A stretch of 34,665 nucleotides of DNA, taken from IMG/VR virus record IMGVR_UViG_2698536302_000011, positions 1 through 34,665 of that record, one strand, 5' to 3'. The notes under the pieces are model-generated. The model ran no database searches. It saw only the letters and a list, made by a program, of their open reading frames with translations, and was not told the origin of the DNA. Positions 1-9,176 of this stretch are shown one piece after another. This stretch comes from a virus (lineage: Duplodnaviria > Heunggongvirae > Uroviricota > Caudoviricetes). Positions within the stretch are counted from its first letter, which is position 1. Each line of letters starts with the position of its first letter. The position numbers and the translations under genes are program-made.

Positions 1-1119
1 TCAAATAACCAACTTAACCCATTCCTGACCTCGAGTATCGTTATAGCGATCGGTGGTTGCCTGGACTTTATGTCCTAGTAATGTTTTTGTATCGATACCC
101 TGTGCACGGTACAACCGTTCTGATAGAGAGCGTTGTTCATGAAATGTTGGCGGAGTTTTTCCTGCTGGTGGAATTATCCCAGCCAGATCCCGTGCTTTGG
201 CAAAGTAGTCGCTCAGGTTGTCTTTACTCATCGGCTTCGGTTGTTTCTGGTGCCGACTATGGATTAGATATGGACTTAATATTCTGTCTCGGCACCCATC
301 AATAACTTCTTTTAACGTTATCCCAATGGCATCACAGCGTAGTGTAAGCGGTAACGCCAGACGCATTCCGGTTTTTCCCTGGGTGATATGCAAGTGTTCG
401 TTCCACACATCTGAAAAACGCATGTGGCAAATGTCATCACGGCGCTGACCAGTAACAATCGCAAGAAGCATTGCGTTACGGATAAAGTGTTTTTCAGGCG
501 TTGCATTGTAAATTTTTTGCCAGTCTTCCATGGTGAGCCTGGCTCTGGTTACTTTAGGGATCGGTTTACGGGTAGCCTCCGGAGGATTCCATCCAGGAGG
601 AACTTCCCCTGCATGCTGTGCTTCTTTATAAATATCAACCCATAATCCACGATTTACTCTCGCTGTGCTGACCATGTCTTTATCCAGCCACTCATCCAGT
701 ATTAATGCAAAGTCTCTTACTTCCAGTTCTTTCAATGGGTGGTTTCCCAGACGGGAAACCAGGTATGCAGCCATTCGAGTTTTTTCTTTGTGAGTTGTAG
801 CTGCAATATCTCCATTTTTCAGTCGCGCGTCCTGTATTTTCAGATATCGATCAACCCATGCCTTTAATCTGATGCCCCGACGTTTTGTTGCTGACGGACT
901 TTCATCAATTTTGCGCATGAAATATTCAGCTTCTGCTGCAGCTATTCGCTGATTGGCTGTGGAAGCGATTTTTTCTGCTTTGCCTTTGTCTGTTCCGAGA
1001 CCGTGAAATTTTCCAGTCACAGGGTTTTTATACTGGTAGTAAACCCTGCCAGTTCTGCGATCAAACTTTTCGTAAAGACCGGTTACGTCAGTGCTGTTTT
1101 TTCGTGGCCTCGGTGACAT
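1..1119 (-). CDS. int: Tyrosine site-specific integrase (lambda Int-like)
   Basis: 372-aa ORF; C-terminal catalytic region resembles lambda Int (HxxR...PTFHELRSL-like 'PPTFHEQRSLSERLY', 'LLGHK', 'RYNDTRGQEW'); stop TGA at 1-3; prophage-end position with xis overlapping its start. Confidence 0.9.
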   Translation of the reverse strand: MSPRPRKNSTDVTGLYEKFDRRTGRVYYQYKNPVTGKFHGLGTDKGKAEKIASTANQRIAAAEAEYFMRKIDESPSATKRRGIRLKAWVDRYLKIQDARLKNGDIAATTHKEKTRMAAYLVSRLGNHPLKELEVRDFALILDEWLDKDMVSTARVNRGLWVDIYKEAQHAGEVPPGWNPPEATRKPIPKVTRARLTMEDWQKIYNATPEKHFIRNAMLLAIVTGQRRDDICHMRFSDVWNEHLHITQGKTGMRLALPLTLRCDAIGITLKEVIDGCRDRILSPYLIHSRHQKQPKPMSKDNLSDYFAKARDLAGIIPPAGKTPPTFHEQRSLSERLYRAQGIDTKTLLGHKVQATTDRYNDTRGQEWVKLVI

Positions 1120-1357
1120 GAGTTAAAATCTCCTTCAGTGCATCATCATCGCCAGTATGAATTTCCGGCGCAATTCCCGTTTCACCAGGTCCAACAAATA
1201 CTGCCCGGCGATCTATCAGCCAACGCCCACGAATTTTTTGTGGTCTTGGAACGATGTATCCTAGTTTTCCGTATTTCACCAGGGTAGTGTTTGTTATTGG
1301 GAGACTGAACCGTTTTGGTTTCCACTCGTCAAGCGTTATCAGGTACTGTTCGCTCAT
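1088..1357 (-). CDS. xis: Excisionase-like protein (Xis), overlapping the int start
   Basis: Small basic ORF immediately upstream of and overlapping int as in lambda; ATG at 1357 preceded by GGAG; the ORF track extends to a GTG at 1366. Confidence 0.6.
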   Translation of the reverse strand: MSEQYLITLDEWKPKRFSLPITNTTLVKYGKLGYIVPRPQKIRGRWLIDRRAVFVGPGETGIAPEIHTGDDDALKEILTHVTEATKKQH

Positions 1358-1418
1358 GGCTATCACTCCGGAACACGCCAGTTGCAGAATACCAACGACA
1401 ACTGGCGACGGTTGAACA

Positions 1419-3890
1419 TTAAAAATCAGCCTGACTCGGGATCAGTTTTTGCCAGATAGCTGAAACGTATTTTGCCTGGTAACGAGCGTCATCAAGTGCA
1501 TTATGGCGCTCACCTTCGAATGGGATAGCAGTTCTGGCATCGAAGTCTATGGCTTTCCCCAGCTCAACGATTGTGCGTACATCGCGATCGTTGTAGTAAC
1601 GCCACGGGTAGGGGATCCCCTGCCGCTCGTATGAACGGCGCAAAATCGTGTTGTCGAAGTTGGCTCCATTTCCCCAGACCTGAACAAAAAATTCACCGGA
1701 GTTTTCGTCGATAAATTCCCGCAATTGTAACAGTGCATCATCTAACGGGATTTCATCGGTCATAATGGCAGATTGCGCCTCGCGTGATTGCTTAAGCCAC
1801 CATTTAATGGTGTCACGATCAATGACTCCGCCAGCAGTTTCCAGATCGATAGTCTTACTAAATTCCGGTCCCATATCTCCGGTTTGCGGATCGAAAAATA
1901 TTGCACCTATTGAGATAATCGGGGCATCAGGATTTTTTCCCATGGTTTCAAGGTCGATCATTAGATGGTCACACGTCCTGCTGGTGGATGTGATAACGCG
2001 ATGACCGTTCACCGTAATTAAGGGATCTGCCGTCTCGCCAGTTTCACTATCGCTGGCGTGATCCTGAGCGCTGCCAGCATTCTCCTTGTGTGGGTGTTCA
2101 GCGCCTTCCATTTTCTCCGAATCGTCTTCCTGAACTTCAACCTGGTTCTTGTCATCGAATGTTTCCTGGTATGTTGCGTCGCCCATCACCGCACCACAAT
2201 CAGGGCAGTTGCCACCACCGCTCTGACCGCAGGCGGTGCAGATTTTTTCCGGTTCCTGTTGCACTACTGGTTCAGGTTGTTTCGTTTCTGGCTCGTTTTG
2301 TTGCGTATTTGGGCTGTTTTGTTCCGCTTTCTGGTCGTTCTGTTCCGTTTCTTGCTGGTTCTGGTTCACAGTATCGCGGGTCTGGATCCCCTTAACCCAT
2401 TTCGGATCATTCGGGTCGCTAATCCCTTCAATAAATTCACCACGTGATGCAGCAAGCAACTTATCGGCGTCAGGCTGGCTGATATTGGCTGCCTGCATAA
2501 TTTTGTTTACTTCGTCAGCGGTAACTTTTACCGGTTCTGGCTGTGCGGTCGTGTCAGATGCACCAGTATTTTGTTGTGAACCTGAGTATGTACTGTTTTT
2601 GCGGGCGAAATATTCTTCTTTCGTGATTTCAGTAGCCCCGGCAGCCAGCGCCTTATCCAGACCAGAAAGTTTGTTTGCGCGACCGTATTTTTCGCCATCC
2701 TTGTCGGTGAAGAGGAAGTAGAACGGCCCCTCACGCTCTACAGATGGTTCGACTTCCACTTTGCATTCGGTTTTTTCGTTGTCCGGAATTGCCGTTTCCA
2801 CTGCATCAGTTTCTGGTACTGGCGACGAGAGAGTATCAGTTGCGCTCTGATTTGTTCCTTCATCTTCAAACACGCCCTTTGTAGTCAGGTATTCAGTAAT
2901 GTATTTGTTCAGTGCCACAGGGTCTTTGTGAATGTCGATCGGACGTTCACGGACAAGGCCAAAAATAGTCTGGCGGTCGTAGCGAAGGGCATCAGGCTGT
3001 TTGCGCATTGATGCCGAGATACGCTTCCAGTCTTCGCGGTCGTTGTCGATAACTTCATTTTTTGCCCAGCGATGAATGCTGCCGTCAATGTTTCCGGCAT
3101 CCACATCACCAGGCCAGAGAGCGTAGGCCAGTTCGTCATCCAGTGTTTTCCATGTCTGCTTGTATTCGCGATGAGTGGCAGCAATGACCGGGCTGATTTT
3201 TCCTGTTGAACTTTCAGTGTTCTGTTGATTGGCTCTGGCGCGGGCGAGATCAACAACAGACGTGTATTTTCCGGTTCCCTTGCGTTCACCTTCGCGACGT
3301 TTTTTCCAGATGCGCATCTCTGCCTGAATTTCGGGCCATTTAGCTCCAGGCTTACATTTATGCTTAACCCACCCGATGGCATGCAACTTAAGTTCCGGAT
3401 ACATGGCGTTAACTTCTGGCATTTTCATCAACGCTTCAACGATATGTCCGTCGAATGTTGCCATGTCTTCCTGCAACAGTTCCTGTGCACTAATCACCAT
3501 ATCAACGGTGATGTTTTCACATGTGTCGAACTTAACCATGACAGCGTTCTGTACTTCAGGGGCCAGCTTGTCAAAAGTGACGTTCATCGGATTTGATTCA
3601 GTCTCAACCGGGACAAAGGAAGCTGACTCCTCATCCCAGCGGTTTTCCCGCATATATTCAGCATCCCAGGAATCGAGGGCAGGGCGGGGTATACCGGGTT
3701 TATCCTCGCAGACAAGAAATTTATAAGCGCAGTCCTGAGCAGCCGGATATTGCTCCAGGAATTGCCAGGTAAATTTGGCACGGGCGCGGCGTTCGTCACC
3801 GGCTTCAATGGCAGTGGCTACAGCAACTGCACCTTCTTCCTTTATTGCCTGTTCGTCCGGAATGGCGGCGCAAATAAAGACTTTACTCAT
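1419..3890 (-). CDS. RecE-like (exonuclease VIII family) N-terminal region fused to a DnaQ-like DEDDh 3'-5' exonuclease domain
   Basis: 823-aa ORF; 'DKLLAASRGEFIEGISDPNDPKWVKGIQTRD' matches my memory of Rac RecE; C-terminal ~180 aa carries DEDDh motifs ('MIDLETMG', 'WGNGANFD', 'HNALDDARYQAKY'); CxxC-x8-CxxC zinc ribbon 'CTACGQSGGGNCPDCG'; GAGG RBS upstream of the ATG at 3890. Confidence 0.7.
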   Translation of the reverse strand: MSKVFICAAIPDEQAIKEEGAVAVATAIEAGDERRARAKFTWQFLEQYPAAQDCAYKFLVCEDKPGIPRPALDSWDAEYMRENRWDEESASFVPVETESNPMNVTFDKLAPEVQNAVMVKFDTCENITVDMVISAQELLQEDMATFDGHIVEALMKMPEVNAMYPELKLHAIGWVKHKCKPGAKWPEIQAEMRIWKKRREGERKGTGKYTSVVDLARARANQQNTESSTGKISPVIAATHREYKQTWKTLDDELAYALWPGDVDAGNIDGSIHRWAKNEVIDNDREDWKRISASMRKQPDALRYDRQTIFGLVRERPIDIHKDPVALNKYITEYLTTKGVFEDEGTNQSATDTLSSPVPETDAVETAIPDNEKTECKVEVEPSVEREGPFYFLFTDKDGEKYGRANKLSGLDKALAAGATEITKEEYFARKNSTYSGSQQNTGASDTTAQPEPVKVTADEVNKIMQAANISQPDADKLLAASRGEFIEGISDPNDPKWVKGIQTRDTVNQNQQETEQNDQKAEQNSPNTQQNEPETKQPEPVVQQEPEKICTACGQSGGGNCPDCGAVMGDATYQETFDDKNQVEVQEDDSEKMEGAEHPHKENAGSAQDHASDSETGETADPLITVNGHRVITSTSRTCDHLMIDLETMGKNPDAPIISIGAIFFDPQTGDMGPEFSKTIDLETAGGVIDRDTIKWWLKQSREAQSAIMTDEIPLDDALLQLREFIDENSGEFFVQVWGNGANFDNTILRRSYERQGIPYPWRYYNDRDVRTIVELGKAIDFDARTAIPFEGERHNALDDARYQAKYVSAIWQKLIPSQADF

Positions 3891-4013
3891 TTTGTTTTAA
3901 CCTCATGACAGATTTAAGGATGAACAAATCCCTGCCATTGCTGGCATATAAGAATCAAATCTGATGTATTCATTAAGCTGAATGTCGTATTGTGGCAGTT
4001 ATTTTATTACTGC

Positions 4014-4235
4014 TCACCATGACTCTGCTTTTACAGGTAAACCATCACGACCAAGGAAGACTTTAATCATGGTTTCCTTAATACAGTGTTGTGTGGAAAA
4101 ATCACGAATATAGAGCCGTTGTTTTTTAATGTTGTTTACCGAAGCAATATATGTTCTTCCTTTATGAATAACATAATCACCGGGAGTCACGCACTGACGA
4201 GGAATCTCATCAGTTCCGAAGTGATGAGCAATCAT
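4014..4235 (-). CDS. kilR: KilR-like cell-division inhibitor (Rac prophage Kil family)
   Basis: '[32 protein letters not shown]...[16 protein letters not shown]' matches Rac KilR as I recall it; internal ATG at 4235 has GGAG 8 nt upstream (ORF track starts at 4247). Confidence 0.7.
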   Translation of the reverse strand: MIAHHFGTDEIPRQCVTPGDYVIHKGRTYIASVNNIKKQRLYIRDFSTQHCIKETMIKVFLGRDGLPVKAESW

Positions 4236-4801
4236 AATTATCTCCATTTTTACAAATGAACTTTGTTGATGCGGTGCCTGGTGCCTCCAGGTGACGTTAA
4301 CCAGTTAACAATTAACGCCGGATACAGAGAACCCACCCATAACACTGTTTTTGGTTTTAACTGTTCCGCGTGCGCTCAGCCGCATTCACCGCATCACAAA
4401 ACTCACTTTAAAAAGGGCGGCAGACCAGTCACGGAGTAAAACTGATACCGCCAAACGTCACCAGAAAATTGATAACAGAGGGCGTTGCAGCGGGGTTGTC
4501 ACTTAAGCGTATGGTCAACCTGACAACCCGGTGTCCTCAACGGGGAAGGAATAACCCCGCCATACTTACCGCCGCGCCATTTCGCGGAGTGCCACAACCG
4601 GAAGCGCACGGTCGACGAAAATTTAACGACAGGCTATCTATGAACCAGCTACCTCGCCGTGCGCTTTCGCGTTATGGTCTGACTTTTCAGGGAAATATCC
4701 TTTCAGTAAACTGTCAGTGCCGGATGCTCACCCGTGTCCGGCGCACGCACTCCACCTCACCCGTGGAGAACTCCTTAATCACCAACCCTCAGGAGGGTGA
4801 A

Positions 4802-5077
4802 ATGTCGACTGAAAATGATGAAATCATTAACTCCCTGATACGCCAGATTAATAATTTTGATAAAGCATTGCAGCATGCTGCGGCGCGTAGTGATATAACT
4901 CTTTTAGCAATTTCATTTCTTGCATCTGTAATGGATAAAAATGAAGTCGTACGACAGAGTCTTGTTGATTATATCGACTCGCTTCAACCAGGCACTTTCA
5001 ATCATGAGAGCTTCAATCATGAGAAAGAGCATGTTAAATCTGTAATTAATTCTCTTGTTTTGAATCAAAAGAATTAA
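4802..5077 (+). CDS. Hypothetical protein
   Basis: ATG at 4802 with AGGAGG 7 nt upstream; ~91 aa; the upstream part of the track ORF (from 4469) is Arg-rich and looks non-coding. Convergent with and overlapping the 3' end of 5046-5375. Confidence 0.45.
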   Translation: MSTENDEIINSLIRQINNFDKALQHAAARSDITLLAISFLASVMDKNEVVRQSLVDYIDSLQPGTFNHESFNHEKEHVKSVINSLVLNQKN

Positions 5078-5375
5078 TGCTTTTTGTTGCAAGGTAATTT
5101 TCAAGGGGTTCTATTCGAATCCCTTTCTTTTTCATTAACAAGCCAAACCCCTTATCAATGATGTCCATTAGATCCAGGAAGTATTTTTCATGTAAATCCA
5201 GGTTATCAGAGAGCTGCTTCTCTTCGTACAGACCGATAAAGGCACGACGCACGTTACCGGATATAGTATCGATGGTTTCTTTTTCTACGGTACTCAGGTC
5301 AAGAGTCGCCAGTTGGGAACGAACTATATTCGCTGCCATTTCCTGGAATTGCATTGGTAAATCTTTAAATTCCAT
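5046..5375 (-). CDS. Hypothetical early-region protein
   Basis: 109-aa ORF with GAGG upstream of the ATG; leftward orientation consistent with a PL-type early operon; no recognisable domain. Confidence 0.45.
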   Translation of the reverse strand: MEFKDLPMQFQEMAANIVRSQLATLDLSTVEKETIDTISGNVRRAFIGLYEEKQLSDNLDLHEKYFLDLMDIIDKGFGLLMKKKGIRIEPLENYLATKSINSFDSKQEN

Positions 5376-5397
5376 TATTAGCCTCGTTGGTTAGCTA

Positions 5398-5616
5398 TTA
5401 ACGCGGGCATGTAATCATTCTGGCAATGCTTAATGCCGCTGCTTTTTCCAGCCTGGTGATATCCTGCTCCAGAGCGGACAGATTTTCAGCCTGCTTAGCC
5501 TTGGCTTCATTGGCCCATTTCAGATCCTGCGCTGCATTAATTTTCTGGCGCATCCACTCATAAAGTTCATCATCGGTATAGTCTGGCGCGATGATGACGG
5601 GTTCTCGTTTCTGCAT
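5398..5616 (-). CDS. Hypothetical small coiled-coil protein
   Basis: 72-aa ORF in the leftward early operon; charged, helix-rich composition. Confidence 0.4.
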   Translation of the reverse strand: MQKREPVIIAPDYTDDELYEWMRQKINAAQDLKWANEAKAKQAENLSALEQDITRLEKAAALSIARMITCPR

Positions 5617-5918
5617 ACTGATTCCTCGCGGTGCTGTTTCCCCTTAACGCCGGGGTAGCGGAACAAAAACCTGCTGCATAGTTATTAAAGTTGAACCCTG
5701 CCGTCATGTTCTTACGCCTCGGGCTGGCTACTTAACCCCTGACCACTGCCGGGTAACTCGAAGTATTGCCCTGCATTCTGTGGGGTGGAGTGAGGGAATG
5801 AATGAAGTTTAGAAAAATGAACTTTACAGGTCAATGTTTTTTTATCAAAACATTTTAAGCAGGCAGCTGTTAAGCCATCACCACGATGGCATACAGTTAA
5901 TCAAATAGATGAGGTTGG

Positions 5919-6557
5919 TTAAATATCTTGTTGAATTTTAAAGCATACGCCCAATACGCAAGATAGATCATCCAGCATAATTGAAGGGTAGCGAGGATTC
6001 GTGGGGACTAAAAGAATATCCGGCCCTTCTATCTCCAGTTTACGAATGACAGGTGTTGTGGTCCCTTTGGGTAAGGCAAGGACAATATTTCCTGGTTGTA
6101 CGGTTCGATCGGGATCAACAAAAACTGTTGAACCATTTGGGATGGAAACTCCCCCACCAGATGTTGACATACTGTCACTCTCTAGAACAACTGCAAAGGT
6201 ATTGGCCGGGATTTCTCCGACAAGCTGCACACAAGAGGTTATTGAGGAATTTTTCATATAATCACTCCAGCTTGCTGCCTGCTGAAGTGATAGTAGCGGA
6301 ACCGTTTTTATCGGCGGTAAAGATAGATCAAGCGAATCACCTGTATTTAACTCTCCTCCATTAAGAAGCCAATTTTCGTTTACTTTCAATATCTTTGCCA
6401 GTGAACTTATGTAACGCGAGGACGGCGCTCCTCCACCGTTCATCCATTGACTTACGGAGCCTTTTGATGCGCCAGTGGCATTGACAAGGTCTTTGCCTTT
6501 CAGGTTTAGCGCATGCATACGTTGGGTTATGCGTTCAGATATTGTTTGCTTGCTCAT
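5919..6557 (-). CDS. CI-like prophage repressor (XRE-type HTH + S24/LexA-like autopeptidase)
   Basis: 212 aa; N-terminal HTH ('LKGKDLVNATGASKGSVSQWMNG'); C-terminal S24 fold with a putative Ser/Lys dyad ('VLESDSMS', 'PVIRKLE'); divergent from a Cro-like gene. Confidence 0.85.
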   Translation of the reverse strand: MSKQTISERITQRMHALNLKGKDLVNATGASKGSVSQWMNGGGAPSSRYISSLAKILKVNENWLLNGGELNTGDSLDLSLPPIKTVPLLSLQQAASWSDYMKNSSITSCVQLVGEIPANTFAVVLESDSMSTSGGGVSIPNGSTVFVDPDRTVQPGNIVLALPKGTTTPVIRKLEIEGPDILLVPTNPRYPSIMLDDLSCVLGVCFKIQQDI

Positions 6558-6648
6558 GTTTTGATTTTAAAACACAGATGGTTTTGTTTCTTGACTTTCT
6601 TTGGTTTTGATTATTAAACTTTTGGCGTTCAGTTTTATGGAGCGACTC
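6558..6648. promoter_or_regulatory. Divergent repressor/cro promoter-operator region
   Basis: 91-bp AT-rich spacer between divergent repressor and cro-like genes; two near-identical 13-mers TTGATTTTAAAAC / TTGATTATTAAAC ~46 bp apart; TTGACT -35-like hexamer followed by a TA-rich -10 candidate reading rightward. Confidence 0.45.
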
Positions 6649-6879
6649 ATGAAAAAATCAGAAGTATTAGGCTATTTTGGCGGAGTTGTTAAAACAGCCG
6701 CAGCTCTAGGAACGTCAAAAACCACAGTCAGCATGTGGGGGGAAGAGGTTCCGTGGAAATGGGCGTTGCTAATTCAGGCAGTCACTGCCGGGGCGCTCAA
6801 ATATGAGTTACACATACCGACGGTTGTCATTCCCGGTTCTGATCATAATCCGCCTTCTAACCAAGGGGGGGATTCATGA
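6649..6879 (+). CDS. Cro-like small HTH regulator (YdaS-like)
   Basis: Small ORF divergent from the repressor; 'GGVVKTAAALGTSKTTVSMW' HTH; ATG at 6649 with GGAG 7 nt upstream (alternative ATG at 6637). Confidence 0.6.
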   Translation: MKKSEVLGYFGGVVKTAAALGTSKTTVSMWGEEVPWKWALLIQAVTAGALKYELHIPTVVIPGSDHNPPSNQGGDS

Positions 6880-7301
6880 AAATCAAGCATGAACACATCC
6901 GCATGGCGATGAATGCCTGGGCGCGTCCTGATGGCGAAAAAGTTCCAGCAGCTGGAATAACCCAGGCTTATTTTGAGTTGGGTATGACGTTCCCAGAACT
7001 GTATGACGACAGCCATCCGGAAGCCCTGGCTCGCAATACCCAGAAAATTTTCCGCTGGATAGAGAAAGACACCCCTGATGCAGTTGAAAAAATTCAGGCG
7101 TTGTTACCAGCGATCGAAAAGGCAATGCCACCTTTGCTGGTGGCCAGAATGCGCAGCCACAGTTCAGCTTATTTTCGGGAGCTGGTGGAGACGCGGGAGC
7201 GACTGGTGAGAGACGCTGATGATTTTGTCGCAGTGGCAATCGCCGGTTTCAATCAGATGAACCGTGGTGGCCCGGCAGGAAATGCTGTGGCAGTGCATTG
7301 A
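6876..7301 (+). CDS. YdaT-like protein (occupies the CII position)
   Basis: 141-aa ORF overlapping the cro-like stop (start/stop coupling); synteny matches the Rac ydaS-ydaT arrangement; family assignment from memory only. Confidence 0.45.
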   Translation: MKIKHEHIRMAMNAWARPDGEKVPAAGITQAYFELGMTFPELYDDSHPEALARNTQKIFRWIEKDTPDAVEKIQALLPAIEKAMPPLLVARMRSHSSAYFRELVETRERLVRDADDFVAVAIAGFNQMNRGGPAGNAVAVH

Positions 7302-7366
7302 GTGATAATAGCCATATCGAATCACTTCCGGCAACTCGTGAGTAAAAAGATTCGGTATCAGAAGAG

Positions 7367-8420
7367 GTGAGTATGGCTAACGCCTGGCTCAGATTATGGC
7401 ATGACATGCCAAATGACCCTAAGTGGCGAACAATTGCCAGGGTGTCAGGGCAGTCAATTGCAACAGTGATGGCAGTGTATATCCACCTCCTGGTGAGCGC
7501 GTCACGAAATGTCACGCGAGGTCACATTGATGTCACGACAGAAGATTTGGCAAGTGCGCTCGACGTGACAGAAGAGGTAATTGATTCAATTTTGCAGACG
7601 ATGCAGGGGCGGGTACTTGATGGTGATTTAATCACTGGATGGGAAAAACGCCAGGTGCTTAAAGAGGACAACGGCAATATTTCGCAAACCGCAAAATCTC
7701 CTGCAGAGCGCAAGAGGGCGCAGCGAGAGAGGGAAAGAAAGCGGGAACAAAATGGCGATTGTCACGGCGCGTCACGAAATGTCACGCACATGTCACGACG
7801 AGTCACGACAGATANAAGAAGATCAAAACACTATGGTCCATGGCGTAAAAAACGCCACGAACCAGGCAGGGGATGTTCAGACCGTCAATCTTGGTCAGCC
7901 AGCAGGCACGACACCGGAAGCCGATTCAGCGTATGCGCTGAAAGCCGATTCGGGCGCTGTGCAGCAGGTGATGACCGCAAGGCCGGAGCAATCACACCAA
8001 CTGCAGCAGCCTGAAGCCGATTCCGCCATTCAGCGGGAAGCCGATCGGGTAGTCCCGGAAAACACCGGGCAGCCTGTGAGACGAGTGGATTATCCGGATG
8101 TGTTCGAACAGGTCTGGCGGGAATACCCGTTGCGTGCTGGGGCAAACCCGAAGAAATCCGCTTTCAGTGCCTGGAAGGCCAGATTACGCGAGGGGGTGTC
8201 ACCAGAGGCCATGCTGGATGGCGTGAGGCGTTACGCAAGATACCTTGCGGCTACCGGGAAAACGGGAACGGAATTTGTTCAGCGAGCGACGACGTTTTTT
8301 GGGCCGGACCGGAATTTTGAAAACCCCTGGTTGCTCCCGGTAAGCGGCACGAACAACCAGCGTTGTGTGAATCATATTTCTGAACCGGATACCGAAATTC
8401 CACCGGGCTTCAGGGGGTAA
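7367..8420 (+). CDS. Replication-initiator-like protein (O-like / YdaU-type) with internal iterons; apparent frameshift at ambiguous base 7815
   Basis: Two overlapping track ORFs (7367-8014 and 7752-8420) in different frames; the frame switch coincides with the N at 7815 right after the second GTCACG cluster; gene sits in the replication position downstream of the cro/CII-like genes. Confidence 0.5.
7497..7544. repeat. Iteron cluster 1: four GTCAC(G/A) repeats at ~10-11 bp spacing
   Basis: gtcacg at ~7501, 7511, 7532 and gtcaca at ~7521; 18-mer cgtcacgaaatgtcacgc shared with cluster 2. Confidence 0.6.
7761..7808. repeat. Iteron cluster 2: five GTCACG repeats at ~10-11 bp spacing
   Basis: gtcacg at ~7761, 7771, 7781, 7792, 7802; followed by the ambiguous base at 7815. 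Confidence 0.6.
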
Positions 8421-8460
8421 GTGTTGATTTCTGGTCATGAGGTAATTTTCAGGAGGACTT

Positions 8461-8883
8461 GTGGCAAAAGTTTTTACACAAGAAGAGCGGGAAAAAATTA
8501 AAGGGCAGGTTGTTGAACTCGTACGCCAGAGTGGGCGCGAGACGTTACGACAACTGGAAACTAAAACTGGGGCAACAAGATATCTGATGAGCGTTCTGGC
8601 CAGAGAGCTGGTTGCCAGTGGCGATGTATACAACTCTGGTTACGGGTTATTCCCGTCTGAACAGGCGCGTAAGGACTGGCAAAATGCCCGTAAAAAGCTC
8701 TCAAGGGCAAAGCTGAAGAAACCATCTGCGGTTGATCCGGACCTTATCTGGTCATTACCTGACGGAGAAATACGTCGCTACGACAGGCGTCAGAACATAA
8801 TCTGTCGCGAGTGCCGGAAGAGTGAGGTTATGCAGCGAGTGCTGGCGTTTTATCAGGGTAATTTTCAGGAGGTGATGGCGTGA
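8461..8883 (+). CDS. Hypothetical protein (replication/nin-region position)
   Basis: 140 aa; GTG start preceded by AGGAGG; C-terminal CxxC-like 'CRECRK'; no confident family. Confidence 0.45.
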   Translation: MAKVFTQEEREKIKGQVVELVRQSGRETLRQLETKTGATRYLMSVLARELVASGDVYNSGYGLFPSEQARKDWQNARKKLSRAKLKKPSAVDPDLIWSLPDGEIRRYDRRQNIICRECRKSEVMQRVLAFYQGNFQEVMA

Positions 8884-9176
8884 GAGTGAGAGTCTATATC
8901 GCCGGTCCAATGACCGGGTATAAAAATTTCAACCGTGAGGCGTTTCACAATGCGGAAGAGGAACTGAAACGGGAAGGGCATACCGTTTTAAATCCGGCTG
9001 TGCTTCCGGATGGGCTGACACAGCCGCACTACATGGATATTTGCATGGCAATGATTCGTTGTGTGGATGCGATTTACATGCTGAAAGGCTGGCAGCGGTC
9101 AGCAGGTGCTAAGGCAGAACTGGCGCTGGCGGAGAAACTGGGGCATGCAGTTATTTTCCAGGAGGAGGTACAGTGA
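8880..9176 (+). CDS. DUF4406 / nucleoside 2-deoxyribosyltransferase-like fold protein
   Basis: 98 aa; N-terminal 'VYIAGPMTG...NFN' signature typical of that fold; GTG start after AGGAGG, overlapping the upstream stop. Confidence 0.5.
   Translation: MRVRVYIAGPMTGYKNFNREAFHNAEEELKREGHTVLNPAVLPDGLTQPHYMDICMAMIRCVDAIYMLKGWQRSAGAKAELALAEKLGHAVIFQEEVQ

Noticed and set aside
2058-2721. Plus-strand ORFs (129, 101 and 161 aa) rich in Cys/Phe/Leu inside the RecE-like gene
   Set aside because: They lie antisense within a well-supported 823-aa coding region and have low-complexity, repeat-like composition; treated as shadow ORFs.
4985-5020. Tandem duplication 'caatcatgag' giving the peptide repeat FNHESFNHE
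   Set aside because: A short local duplication in a hypothetical gene; no functional inference can be made.
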